DNA of 32,000 nt, from contig MTSL01000046.1 of the NCBI GenBank assembly GCA_002794465.1, positions 1 to 32,000 of the forward strand. Reading direction: 5' to 3'. Position numbers and translations under genes: made by a program. Below the pieces are notes generated by a model, which saw only the letters and a list, made by a program, of their open reading frames with translations, was not told the origin of the DNA and searched no databases. The stretch's first letter is position 1, and the number at the start of each line of letters is the position of its first letter. The DNA is from Paramicrosporidium saccamoebae KSL3 (lineage: Eukaryota > Fungi > Cryptomycota). Positions 1 to 10,911 of this stretch are shown here, in pieces.

Positions 1-130
1 CGGATACTGTAAAGTGAAGCTAAACTTGATGCAAACCCCCTAACTGGTGGTACCCGCGCCTGGACCATTGCTACATCTATATAATGGCGAGAGTTAAGTA
101 AAGACCCCTTATCGAAATCCCTAGCCTGTA

Positions 131-170
131 TGTGATATATAGGATTGATTAGCTGGGTATTATAGGATTA
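131..170 (+). mobile_element. Truncated, internally deleted remnant of the TGT...ACA dispersed element
   Basis: TGTGATATATAGGATTGATTAGCTGGGTATTATAGGATTA resembles the element 5' end (TGTGACATAGAAGACTGATTAGTTGG) fused to the internal TATTATAGGATTA motif seen at 14881-15044. Confidence 0.45.
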
Positions 171-286
171 TTACGTTATTTTAAAGCTATAAATGGGCCG
201 TTAGATTAATGGTGAAACAGCGAACGAGTTTTCTCCCAGCCGCGATTCTTGGATAAACACTCCCTCACTCGCTCATAAATACAAGT

Positions 287-3200
287 TTATTCCAGATGGA
301 TGCTGTGGGATTGGAGCAATTCCAGCGCATCGTCGTAGATTTCTGTCAATGCCCGACAATCTACAAACTCGGCCAGCGAGTTTTGCTCAACAAGCGCCAC
401 CTGTCCCAACGCATTTTTCAGCTCGATCAATAGACTTCTTCTCTTGACAAATAGATTCACCGCGGTTGCTACTCGTCCAATGAGGATGGCCAAGGCGGTG
501 GCACGTTCTACGGCATGTCCTGATGCGGCTGCAATTGCTGTTGCTCCTTCCCGTATGTATCGCTCTGAGTAATAGAGATGGTCGCCTGGGTAGTCCAGAT
601 CGCAGTGCCAGACAGCCACCAGCTGGGAGGATTTCGGCTTTACCAAGGCGGGGATCAGCTTGCCCCAAGAGGCCTTGATATCGGACCAGGTAGAAGAATA
701 GCGGGCCAATGTGTAAAGATGGGAGTGGTGGACGCGCTTCTTGTCCAATTTCCCAATTTGCTGTACAAGTTGGAGTAATTGATCCCGCAGGCTTCCCTCG
801 CCCGGCGGTTGACAATCCGTAGAGACTTCCAAAAAGGCAGCCAATAACCGACTGGCCAATACTTGGTTACTTGATAAATGACTGGCCGATGGAGAGTTGG
901 CCACAGAGTCGTTTCCATCTATCAAGGCTAACAGACCAGATACGATCCGATGTGACAGCGAATAAATGATATCAGGGTTGTGAGAATCTCCGGTCTGGTA
1001 TCTTTGTAGACTCTTGATCATCAAGGTAATAACCAAGGCAGGCCCTTTGTTGCACCAACCGGCCACCAGCCCTTTTGCATAGAATGACTTCCAATCTGGC
1101 TCGTCCCGTTTGACTGTCACGTTGTAAAGGGCCGACGCTGCTAACCTACGCACTTTTGCAGTTGCAAAATATGAAAGTGATCCTTCCACTATTGAGGTCA
1201 TCAGTTGAATGAACTTTGTAAAATGAACCGTGTCCACGTGTTGACATTCCAACAATGCGGTTCGCCAGGAAATGAATGCACCAAGGGAAAGCTGTTCTAG
1301 GTGTGCCGATTTTTCCAGCAGCCATGAGGCGTCTTTGGCAATCCACAGGTGCAATTCATTATCGAACAGCGATCCAAGATGCCAGAATAGTTCTGAACGG
1401 TTCTCTGGATCGCTCTCCAAGACTATCCTTATGATCGCTTCGGCGCGGAGGGGAGCAATACTATCAATTGTCCTCTTTCTTCCCGTTAATATCTTTTTCT
1501 GTGCCGGTCCCTTGATCGACAGGGCTTGGCAAAGCGCAGCAATAATAGGCGATTGCAATGACGCCAAGTGTCCAGGACTGTATGTTTGTCCCCCGTTGGG
1601 ATTTTTCAGAAACGATAACAGAGTTGATTTGGCAAGTAAAAGATCGGAATGGCGATCAAACTCTCCCTTTAGAGACTCGCAAATAAACTCGAGGAAAGGC
1701 AAAGCCTTGGCCGCCTCAATCAACTCCCAATCAACCAGGTCATTTGCCAAGTGAAACAATTCCACAGTACAATCAATAGTATTTCTCCCATCTTGCATAC
1801 TGTCGTCGCCAAGAAGCTTGGCAAGACCAATGTCATCGTGAATATCAAGATACGGCGCCCCAACAATAGTCCGTAACGCGCAATATTTGAGAATTTGTGA
1901 GGACCGTGTGGTACTTGAGCCTGTGAGGGCCCGGGCGGCTGTGAGAAACTTGGGGTGCTTAAGGTGGGCCTTGTCGGGGCTGACAAAATCTCGCCAAAGC
2001 AGCAGCGCCAGATCAGGGTGCAAGGAGCCGATGCTGTAGCAATCCAAGACTGAAAAGACACACAAGATGAATTCAGCCGAGTGATTGAGATTTGCAAGCT
2101 TCTCTAACAATTCGGCATCACAAGTCAATGCTAAAAAGGCTTTGGGATAATGGCAAAGTTCCTCTAAATAAGCAGTCAGTTGTGGATCTTCGGTATAAAT
2201 GCATTTTGTCACGCCAATTAGTAGCGAATTGATGACGACTGAGTCGTCGCTGGCAGTTTTAGAAATTAGAAGGGCCAATTTGCAAAACTCTTTGACAGCG
2301 AAACTAGTCGACAGCCACTCTGATGTATCGTCAATGTTGTCTCTTAACCACTCCTTTCCATCCATCGAGTCAAGCTTATCCATGGCGCTCTCCAAGCACG
2401 CTGCTTGTTTCAAACAAAGCGCCTCGTGGCTAATCCTTTCGCGATTAATAACGGTGCAAGCCTTCCCCGTCATACTACCTAGAACCGGTACTGATAATGG
2501 ATGCGACAAGAGAACAGCCTCCAACTTTTGAAGCATCCTTACATCCCGAGTCAGACAATATTGCAGCCAGATGTAGCGAAGTGCATGGGGGATTGGGACA
2601 TTAGGGACGTGCACACAATGTGCTAAATAGTCTATCATTTGATTCAGACCCGGGGCCTTGGGATCAATAATCGACATTGATTCGGCCAACCAAAGAAGTA
2701 CCTTTACGTTGGCACCTTGCAGCACATACTCGACTTGTGTAGACAGAATCCTTGCCAGTCGAAGCATGCTGGACGCCAGAGACTCGCTCCAAAATTCATC
2801 TCCAACTAGATCCAGCACAAAAGAAGCCAAACTTTGTAATAGTTCGCCGAGATTGGAAAAACTCAATGCTTCCCAAGAATGAACTCGTGGATCCACCCCC
2901 TTTTCGTACTGCTGGACACCACTATCGTTAGAATTGCCGCCGGACCTCTGCAAATCAGCTGCTCTCTGGAGAGCATCCTTACAAACACCCTCAACCGGTA
3001 GTGTTGCAAAAATTTCCATTAATTTAGTTACGAGCTCCTTGATCGTCATACGATTATCAGATGAATTCTGTTCTCGGCCCCGCAGACGTCTAGATCGTGT
3101 CGAGACTTGCGAATAGTCCTGGATGTTGTTGATGCTTCCAGCTTGCGACAGCATTAGGGTTGAATCGTCTATTAACTCTGCTTCCTCCACAACCATTGGG

Positions 3201-3956
3201 GAGGGAATGTTGTTTTGGAGGAACAATAATTCCACTGGCGTCACAAGTCCGGCCTTGTAATCTTCTCCGTGAGAATTGATGCGACGTTTGGGCACCAATT
3301 CAAGGGCGTCCTCTGCAGCAGCACAAATTTTGTCAATGGTGTCGCCGAGTCTGGCTCCATCATCAAGTTCAATCTGGATTTTTACCGCACGTTTTGGCTC
3401 CGTCTTGAGAGCGTCTGTATAGTCCATAGTATTGGGGATTTGCATCGGATTCTCAGTCCTTCCAATGGCCCTGCCCAGTCCATCGAGCTCCAACTTTCGT
3501 TTCCTGTCAAATGGCACCAGCTCTGTATATTTCTTCAGCGCCAGCCTCTTTGCCACCAACTCTCGATACCCTCCATTCAGGGAATCTGCCAAATTGGCCC
3601 AGAACAGCGCCTCGTTGGGGAACCACTCGACCGTCTCTAGGGACAATCCTACCAGTCCGGTGGGCTCAACCTTTCTCCCCACGTCATATGCAAGAGCTAG
3701 ACAGCTACGCTGTAACTCTCGAAGAGAGGGCTGGACGGCGAGGCCAGCGGAAAAAAGCTCGCCATCGAGGAGAGACGACAATCGTTTCCAGGCCGAGTCA
3801 ATGTCTGTTCTGCATGTTTCCAAGACTTGCTCAAACTCTGTCCGTAATTCGGCATACTATGAGGATGAACGCAGCCATCCGCTGCGGTACCTGAATGCGT
3901 TGCTGCAAAGCGACTTGTGAATCGCCAGAATCTGTATTCAATGCAAAAAAAGACAT
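287..3956 (-). CDS. HIR3/CABIN1-like HIRA histone chaperone complex subunit, about 1211 aa; join(3891..3956, 287..3856)
   Basis: The 1178-aa ORF extends upstream across a 34-nt GT-AG intron (3857-3890) to ATG 3956. The N-terminus MSFFALN resembles Hir3/CABIN1 N-termini (xxFxALN / IAALN). Helical TPR-like body, and an RSRRLR motif like CABIN1 RRSARVR. Confidence 0.55.
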
Positions 3957-4197
3957 TTTTGTTATTTTTCGTTTCGATAGTTTAATTAGAATCAAGGTGG
4001 GGAGAGAAAATATTAAAGAGTCAATATGTGGGTACCACGCCGGTGAGCCCATAACAACTGGTAATGAATCATTTCTTGTCGCCCACTTATATTGACACTG
4101 TGACCGCGCCCCCACCACGCAACAATATTAAGCGAGAGCTGTTTTCAGGGCAAACTCTTTGATCCGATCATGCTACAAGTAGAGACTCTCGTCCCTT

Positions 4198-4361
4198 TGT
4201 CGCGTAGTGGGGATAAATAGTATGGACTGTCAGACGGGAAGGGGGGTTTGTTCACTGCTAATCCTATAATAGTATGGATACACATCTCACTGTCCTCAAA
4301 TACCCAGCAACTAATCAACCCTCTACGTCACATAGCCAACTAATCAGTCTTCTATGTCACA
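4198..4361 (-). mobile_element. 164-bp TGT...ACA element, copy 1 (solo-LTR-like or MITE-like), flanked by 4-bp TSD CCTT
   Basis: Its reverse complement matches 14881-15044 with 13 mismatches in 164 nt and no indels. It has 10-bp imperfect terminal inverted repeats, and CCTT at both 4194-4197 and 4362-4365. Confidence 0.8.
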
Positions 4362-5904
4362 CCTTGGACGCGAACCAGCTCACCACATAACGGCTCGATT
4401 TTGAAAACAACCGCAAAACTTAATTGGGCGCCTTTCCTTTTAATTGGGTGGGTATATAATAGCTACGGGCCAGGGATAATACGCTTTTCATATAGGCCTG
4501 AACGCGTCCGGCATGACGGGGCTACATTGGCGTTATCCTAAAGATACTTGAGTAGGGATGGGCAACCACTGATTATATTCAGATCAATTTACAAACTTGG
4601 TGGGGATTACTTGATGGTCTCTAGATGCCCTGAAGTGGCGGCAATATGCACCGAAAGTTTTGCCGGGCATTGCATTTTCTTATTATTGTGCAGCAATTTT
4701 AAGCATCAAGACTGCACAAGTTTGTAGAGTACTGCCAGGCTCACCATGATTATATCTGAAATTGAGATTTTCCTTGAGTCTTTCTTGCAGCAATGACAAG
4801 AATTTTAGCCTGGCGAGTCATTCTGTACATTGGTATGAGTTGCCAGTAGGCCGTTCTGTCTTTTTAAACAGAGTTTTGGGGTATGGCTGTAGACGGTATG
4901 GAAGAGACGTGCAAGCTCCTCAGTAGACGTAACTGTATGAGAGGCGGTATAAGCGGTGCCTGATCTAAGCTTATAATATCAATGATTTGATCAATGATGC
5001 GTGTGTATGCATATTTAAGCATCACGTCTACACTCGCTGTAACCGCCTCTGCCATGCCAGATTTGGGGACAACGACCTCATTAACTGTGCCAAACTTGAC
5101 CAAGCTGCTGCGCAATCGCTTTTTGGGGGAGACTCTTGAAGAGCAATGCGTCACCTTTCGACACGTTGATTTACATGCAGGAATCCTCTACTATCCGCCC
5201 TACCTGAGAGCTAGTTTTACTAATTAGGGGCCGCCATTTACAGGTCGCGATCTTTATCTGACCATTCGTTTGAACGAGGTCAATTGTACTTTTGAAGTAG
5301 CTGGTTGGCCCATCGCAGGCCAGATGGAAGTAGTCTTTCTAGCCCTCAGCTTTTTGGAGATAAGGCTAAGAAATCGCATTGTCCAAGTTCGGATCAGCAA
5401 TTGCACCATGTAAAATAATTCGATGATGCAGTCGCTGATCCGAGTTTAGACATGTATATGAGCTATAGAATAACAAAGTGATTTGTAGGTTTATTGTTGA
5501 AAATATATGGATGGAGTGGATAAATTTGCACAGGCTTGGTCGTTAGCGGCTAATCAAAAAGATCAGTCCAATTTTAACAAAGACCCAGTCAGAGATCCTA
5601 CTACTCTGCGGTAATTCTATTGGTCCTCCCTTGCTCACAAGTCTTGTGCATTCCATGCTTTTATTCACTGTACAGCATAGCTTGATACTCGTCAATTATT
5701 TGTGGTAAATATTGTCTTACAATATATGCCTGTCAGAGTCTCATTATCACTAAAAGTCACATAACCACCGCCATGACCACTACCACCGCCGCTATTAATC
5801 CAAAGTCCCACTATGGCTAAAAATAGAAACAATGGAATCGATAACTATAGTTGGCAGCTGATTGGTGATTCTGTCTGTCAGTCACGATCACGCAGAAGGA
5901 CGAC

Positions 5905-7479
5905 ATGTATTCGCCAAACCTTAGCCCAGGAGCAGCTAGTACTGATGGATTATTGCATAGCCATTACCCGTCAATGGCAAACATTAGAATGCCAAAAATG
6001 CTTCCTTTCCGAATGATTGCCAGAGCTTTAGTGGGGGCCCTAGTATTCGGTTCAGTGATCTATCTCCTGGCGGCAGTTGTTAGCCAAGGCGAATTCAGTG
6101 AATTGGAGACCTTTTCCGCCATCACGCCAAACCTCACTGAAATTCCAAATATCGAAGATCACGCGCTCAAGTCGTACGCCTCGTCGAGGCTCTCTGAGAT
6201 GCTGGCCACCAGTGATTTTGTGGAATTTGCTCGCCGACTGCGTTTTTTCGGAGAAATATTCGATAGCTATGAAATGACGTATCCTGAACATGTCGCCAAA
6301 TATTCTGCGGCACTTGCGGAACGAAATGGAGCCATCGAAAAACTCGCACTATTAGGCAAGGAGCCTATCCCGGAAGAGCTGCAGCGGGCGGCCACTCGAG
6401 AGATTTTTCCATATCCTGCTAGCTCAGTGCTCTGGGATCTTGAGCGCGAAATATTCCCTTGGGCCCATCATCGCTTCAGCTCGCTCCTAGAAATGAAGGC
6501 TAGCTTTAGTGGTCGTGGTATTGTCATTCCAACGGGCAGCCATCATTTACGCTTTGCTATCCATTTAATCAAACACATTCGCTTGCTAAAATGCTCGCTA
6601 CCTATCATTGTGGCTTATTCGGGAGATGGCGACCTCAAAAAGGAAGAAATTGACTACTTACGACACATGGGAGTTGGTACTATGGACGTTGCCGAGATTT
6701 TCAATACGGCGTCGCTTTCGCTTCATGGATGGGAAATTAAGCCATTTGCTCTTTTGGCTGCGCCCTTTGAGGAGGTCATCTTGGCAGATGCTGACATTGT
6801 CTTTCTCCAGAACCCCGCTGTAATGCTAGATGACCTGGACTATCAAAAACATGGTGCAATCATTTTCCATGATCGCACTTTATTTGCCGGTGACCAAGGA
6901 AAAACGGATTGGCTTAATCGAAATTTGCCCCATCCGCTGAGTAGAAGAGTCTTGGAGAGCCGAATGTACTTGAAAAAATCTGCGCACGAACAGGAGAGCG
7001 GCGTGGTTGTATGGAACAAGAAGACTCGATTATTAGGGCTCCTCGCAGCATGCAAAATGAATGTAAAGGCAGAGAGAGACGAGGTGACATACAAGGTGTT
7101 TTATGGAGACAAGGAATCATTTTGGCTTGGACTGGAAATGGCTGCCCAGAGCTACACGCATCTACAGCCGGTTCCAGGTGTTATTGGTGACTCGCGGTAT
7201 GATAGAAAGAAAGATCAGCTGGTCGCTTGTGGAAGAATTCTTCAGTTTGACCGACAAGCTTGGCCTCTCTGGTTTAACGGTGCAATTGTACTGGATAAAC
7301 GAAGCAGAGCTGGATCTCTGAAAATTATGAATTTCACTCATTTTGCACGCGAAGGAAGTTGGGACTTTGGCACCTCTTGTCTGGATGTTGATGTTACACC
7401 TATTAATGGAACCCTCAAAGCAATGATTGATGAAATTGCCGCTCTCTGGATTCCGAACCTTGATTACACCAAGATATAG
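5905..7479 (+). CDS. GT71 (MNN1/MNN2/MNT family) alpha-mannosyltransferase, paralog 1
   Basis: 524-aa intronless ORF with an N-terminal TM anchor and motifs GIVIPTG, IKPFA, LADAD (DxD), QESGVVV and YGDKESFWLG. The true start may be a downstream Met. Confidence 0.85.
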   Translation: MYSPNLSPGAASTDGLLHSHYPSMANIRMPKMLPFRMIARALVGALVFGSVIYLLAAVVSQGEFSELETFSAITPNLTEIPNIEDHALKSYASSRLSEMLATSDFVEFARRLRFFGEIFDSYEMTYPEHVAKYSAALAERNGAIEKLALLGKEPIPEELQRAATREIFPYPASSVLWDLEREIFPWAHHRFSSLLEMKASFSGRGIVIPTGSHHLRFAIHLIKHIRLLKCSLPIIVAYSGDGDLKKEEIDYLRHMGVGTMDVAEIFNTASLSLHGWEIKPFALLAAPFEEVILADADIVFLQNPAVMLDDLDYQKHGAIIFHDRTLFAGDQGKTDWLNRNLPHPLSRRVLESRMYLKKSAHEQESGVVVWNKKTRLLGLLAACKMNVKAERDEVTYKVFYGDKESFWLGLEMAAQSYTHLQPVPGVIGDSRYDRKKDQLVACGRILQFDRQAWPLWFNGAIVLDKRSRAGSLKIMNFTHFAREGSWDFGTSCLDVDVTPINGTLKAMIDEIAALWIPNLDYTKI

Positions 7480-7641
7480 ACTATTGGCTCGCACTTGGTG
7501 TTACTAAATATAGTAGTAGAAATAAAGCGATTCGTCAAAGTGGTCCTTCAGTGGCTCGTTAAAGCAGTTCGTTAAAGCGGTTAGCCAAGCGGATTATTCA
7601 AGCGACTTGTTAAGGCAATTTGCTAAAATCTCCCGTTGAAC

Positions 7642-9030
7642 ATGGTTACTAAATTTCACAGGCTCCTACTGTCTACGCTTGTATTCTTGTTATTTGTATG
7701 GTCGGCGAAACGGCTTATATTTGGATCTCAAGACGATCAAGAACAGATAATGACATTTACTTACGTACCTCGAAACCGGACTGAAATTCGAACATTGTCG
7801 GTTCTTGAGAGTCTTGGTTTGGCAAACTATGCACTCCCCAAGATACTGGATGACTTGAACCCGCAGGATGTTAGGGAGATTAGTCGAAGGGCGCGGCTGT
7901 TTGCGCACATTCATCCAATTCCCACCAGACCTGTTACCGGTGAGCTCGGTTCCGTTCTTGAAAAGAATCTTTATGGCTATGTTCTGGACAAGTACGGATC
8001 AGTAACGGCCTTGGCACGAAGCTTCATTGGTGGTGGGCGAGGCGTAGTAATTACCACAGGGAATTTGTACTTTCAATTTGCTGTTCATCTAATACGATCC
8101 TTGAGGATGCTTAATTGCGATCTACCCGTCGAAATATGGTACAACGGAGCCAAAGACTTGAACACGACCAACACTGACTTTATCAAAAACTTTCACCAGG
8201 TCAAGGTCAAGAACATTCGAGATCACTTTTCGGTAAAAATGGAGACTTGGGACATTAAGCCATTCGCAGTCATTGCCAGTGCGTTTGAAGAGGTGCTATT
8301 GTTAGATGCTGACACTGTATTTGCGCAGAATCCCGAAGTACTCTTTAATGACGAGGGCTACATTAAGAATGGTGCCTTGTTCTTCAATGATCGGTCCCTA
8401 TTTCCGGGTCAGGGAGAAAAATCAAACTGGATCCTCTCCATGTTTCCTGAGCCTCACAGCATACGGCTGCAGAATTTACGAATGCTCCAAGCCAAAAGCC
8501 AGTATGAGCTTGAGGCCGGGTGTCTTTTACTTGACAAGAGACGCCATTTCCATGGCTTACTTGCCGTCGGCTGGCTCAATTGCCCGGGACCCATCAAAGA
8601 CACTATTCGGGAGGAGACTCATGGAGAGAAGGAAACTTTTTGGATTGGTCTTGAGATGCTTGACGAGTCTTACTCTTTTATGCCAAATCTCCCTGGATCC
8701 TTGGGGACAGTGACCTATAATGAGGGCGATCGTGTCGAAGAGTTGTGTGGCAAGCTGGCGCATTTTGGACGCGATGGAAAATTGCTGTGGTTCAATGATG
8801 CCATTGCGGCCAGCAAATTGCCAGAGGACTACTTCCTTAACGTCTTGTCAGATTTAACGCACTATGCCCTAGAAAGGGAGGGCGAGTGGGAAGCATTATG
8901 TTTACGAAAAGGACCGTTTCACAAGCTGGACGAGGACCAGCTCAAGATGATCGAAAAGCTAAAATCCCTCTATCGCTTTAATCCCATTGAAAGAACTCTA
9001 AAACCACCGGTTGAAGATTTTGAACAATAA
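7642..9030 (+). CDS. GT71 alpha-mannosyltransferase, paralog 2
   Basis: First ATG at 7642 (the ORF track starts at TTG 7636). TM anchor and motifs GVVITTG, IKPFA, LLDAD, LEAGCLL and HGEKETFWIG. Confidence 0.85.
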   Translation: MVTKFHRLLLSTLVFLLFVWSAKRLIFGSQDDQEQIMTFTYVPRNRTEIRTLSVLESLGLANYALPKILDDLNPQDVREISRRARLFAHIHPIPTRPVTGELGSVLEKNLYGYVLDKYGSVTALARSFIGGGRGVVITTGNLYFQFAVHLIRSLRMLNCDLPVEIWYNGAKDLNTTNTDFIKNFHQVKVKNIRDHFSVKMETWDIKPFAVIASAFEEVLLLDADTVFAQNPEVLFNDEGYIKNGALFFNDRSLFPGQGEKSNWILSMFPEPHSIRLQNLRMLQAKSQYELEAGCLLLDKRRHFHGLLAVGWLNCPGPIKDTIREETHGEKETFWIGLEMLDESYSFMPNLPGSLGTVTYNEGDRVEELCGKLAHFGRDGKLLWFNDAIAASKLPEDYFLNVLSDLTHYALEREGEWEALCLRKGPFHKLDEDQLKMIEKLKSLYRFNPIERTLKPPVEDFEQ

Positions 9031-9356
9031 ATATGTTGCCATTTTACGAGTTGTGAGTTGTGAGGTGGAATCGGATAAATCGAATCGCGAGTTGGAATCT
9101 AACAGATTGAGGGGTCTTGAATAGCCAATACTCCCTGCCGTTTAAGGACTAGACTCTAACAGGTTGGAAACCTTGAACAATTAGAAATTAACATAAAGAG
9201 ACCTTAGCCAGCCAATACTCCTTGCTATTATAGCTAGATCAGGGGCTCCAATAAAACAAGTCCTCGCGGCCGTCGGGGGCTCGACTAGCCAATCAAGCTG
9301 TAATCAACCTACCCCCAATCGTCATAATCCTCTGAACGCGGGTAGAAGGCGCCGAG

Positions 9357-10799
9357 ATGAAACTAAAGAGAGATTATCGTCTGATTTCTTCCCAATCTGA
9401 GAGTTATTCTTCAAGTAGCCTTGGAAATGGTGGCACACTTGCTGTTGGCAAAGTCTTTGTGAAGAGGCTCATATTTCTGTGTGTGCTCCTTGCCATGATC
9501 ACCTTGTTTGCAGTATGGCTTATTCCCTTGCTCGGGAAATCTAAGCAGGATGGCAATGTGCAATATGATATTCAGCGTCGTACGGATTTATTTAGGAAAT
9601 ACTGTACTGAAGAGCCGCTAATCGGGCCACATTGGGACGAGCTTAATTCAGAATTGTCCAAAGAACTGGATGGATCAATACTCACAACAGCGCTACACTT
9701 TCGTCTATTTAAGCATCTCCATCAAAAATATTTGAAAGAGGAATTGCCACAGGAGCCGGGATTTGACGTTTACCAAAAGCTGGAGCGCAAGCTGTTTCCC
9801 TGGCTAGTACGAGATGGTGACGTCCGTAAGATTGCACCCAAGAACGAAAGAGGCATTGTGATTGCTACGGGTCAGCGCTACTTTCCCATGGCCGTCCACA
9901 CCATCAGATCGCTCCGTCTCTGGAACTGCACCCTCCCGGTTGAGATTTTTCATCTTGGAGGAGACGATTTGCATCAAGAGTCAAGAGACTTTTTAGCGCG
10001 CCTTCCCAATGTCTCATTGATCGATGTGGGGACCGTATTCAATATGACTATTCTTGACCTGAAGAGCTGGGACATTAAGCCCTTTGCTGTCCTCGGGTCA
10101 TCATTCCGCGAGGTCATACTCGTGGATGCCGATGTCGTATTCACAGAAAATCCCTCTGTGCTGTTTGATTACGACGAATACAAGTCGACCGGGACAGTGT
10201 TCTTTCGTGATCGTTTCTTCATTAGTCGGACAGCTGATTATGCCGCCTGGTTTGAAAAAATTATTCCGCATCCACACAGTGAGAAGCTTCAGAAAACGCG
10301 CATGTATAGAGGGGAGACGAACTATGAGCAAGAATCCGGAGTTGTTGTGATTGACAAAGGAAGAAGACTGATGGGCTTGCTGGCAACATGTTTATTAAAC
10401 TGCAAAAAGGAACGAGGAGACATTCACGCAAATACTCATGGCGAAAAAGAGACATTTTGGATCGGATTTGAAATTGCCGAGGAGCCCTACGAGTATCTGG
10501 AGGAGCAGGCTGGAGTCGTGGGGGTGGCAGTTCGGCTTGCACAAACTGGACAAACCATCCTTTGTGGCCACGTTGCCCATTTCGACAAAACCGGCAAGCT
10601 CCTGTGGTTCAATGACGGCATCGTCGAAGACAAGAAAGCGCTAATAATGAATGTTGGCGAGTTTAAACATGTGGAGAATAACGGAAACTGGCTAGGAATG
10701 TGTCTTGCCGTTAACACTCTTCGCCAGATCCCGGCGGAACAGTCTAAGATGATTGATCGTATGAAAGAATTGTGGGTGACCAATCCAGCCGTACAGTGA
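9357..10799 (+). CDS. GT71 alpha-mannosyltransferase, paralog 3
   Basis: 480-aa ORF with a TM anchor and motifs GIVIATG, IKPFA, LVDAD, QESGVVV and HGEKETFWIG. Confidence 0.85.
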   Translation: MKLKRDYRLISSQSESYSSSSLGNGGTLAVGKVFVKRLIFLCVLLAMITLFAVWLIPLLGKSKQDGNVQYDIQRRTDLFRKYCTEEPLIGPHWDELNSELSKELDGSILTTALHFRLFKHLHQKYLKEELPQEPGFDVYQKLERKLFPWLVRDGDVRKIAPKNERGIVIATGQRYFPMAVHTIRSLRLWNCTLPVEIFHLGGDDLHQESRDFLARLPNVSLIDVGTVFNMTILDLKSWDIKPFAVLGSSFREVILVDADVVFTENPSVLFDYDEYKSTGTVFFRDRFFISRTADYAAWFEKIIPHPHSEKLQKTRMYRGETNYEQESGVVVIDKGRRLMGLLATCLLNCKKERGDIHANTHGEKETFWIGFEIAEEPYEYLEEQAGVVGVAVRLAQTGQTILCGHVAHFDKTGKLLWFNDGIVEDKKALIMNVGEFKHVENNGNWLGMCLAVNTLRQIPAEQSKMIDRMKELWVTNPAVQ

Positions 10800-10911
10800 G
10801 GTAACTGAGTGTGGGTGATAAATTGTAAGGTATTCGAGTGTGAGTCGTATATTGTGAGGTATTTGAGTGTGAGCCGCAAATTGTGAGGTATTCGAGTATG
10901 AGCGGTAAATT
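10796..10911. repeat. 4 x 29-bp minisatellite starting at the stop codon of GT71 paralog 3
   Basis: Units begin at 10796, 10825, 10854 and 10883; consensus GTGAGGTATTCGAGTGTGAGCCGCAAATT. Confidence 0.85.

Noticed and set aside
1-68. Possible start of a minus-strand CDS running off the window (MVQARVPPVRGF...)
   Set aside because: Only 22 codons are visible and no motif is present.
7555-7630. Degenerate 12-13 bp repeats (GTTAAAGC-like) upstream of GT71-2
   Set aside because: Too short and degenerate to separate from slippage noise.
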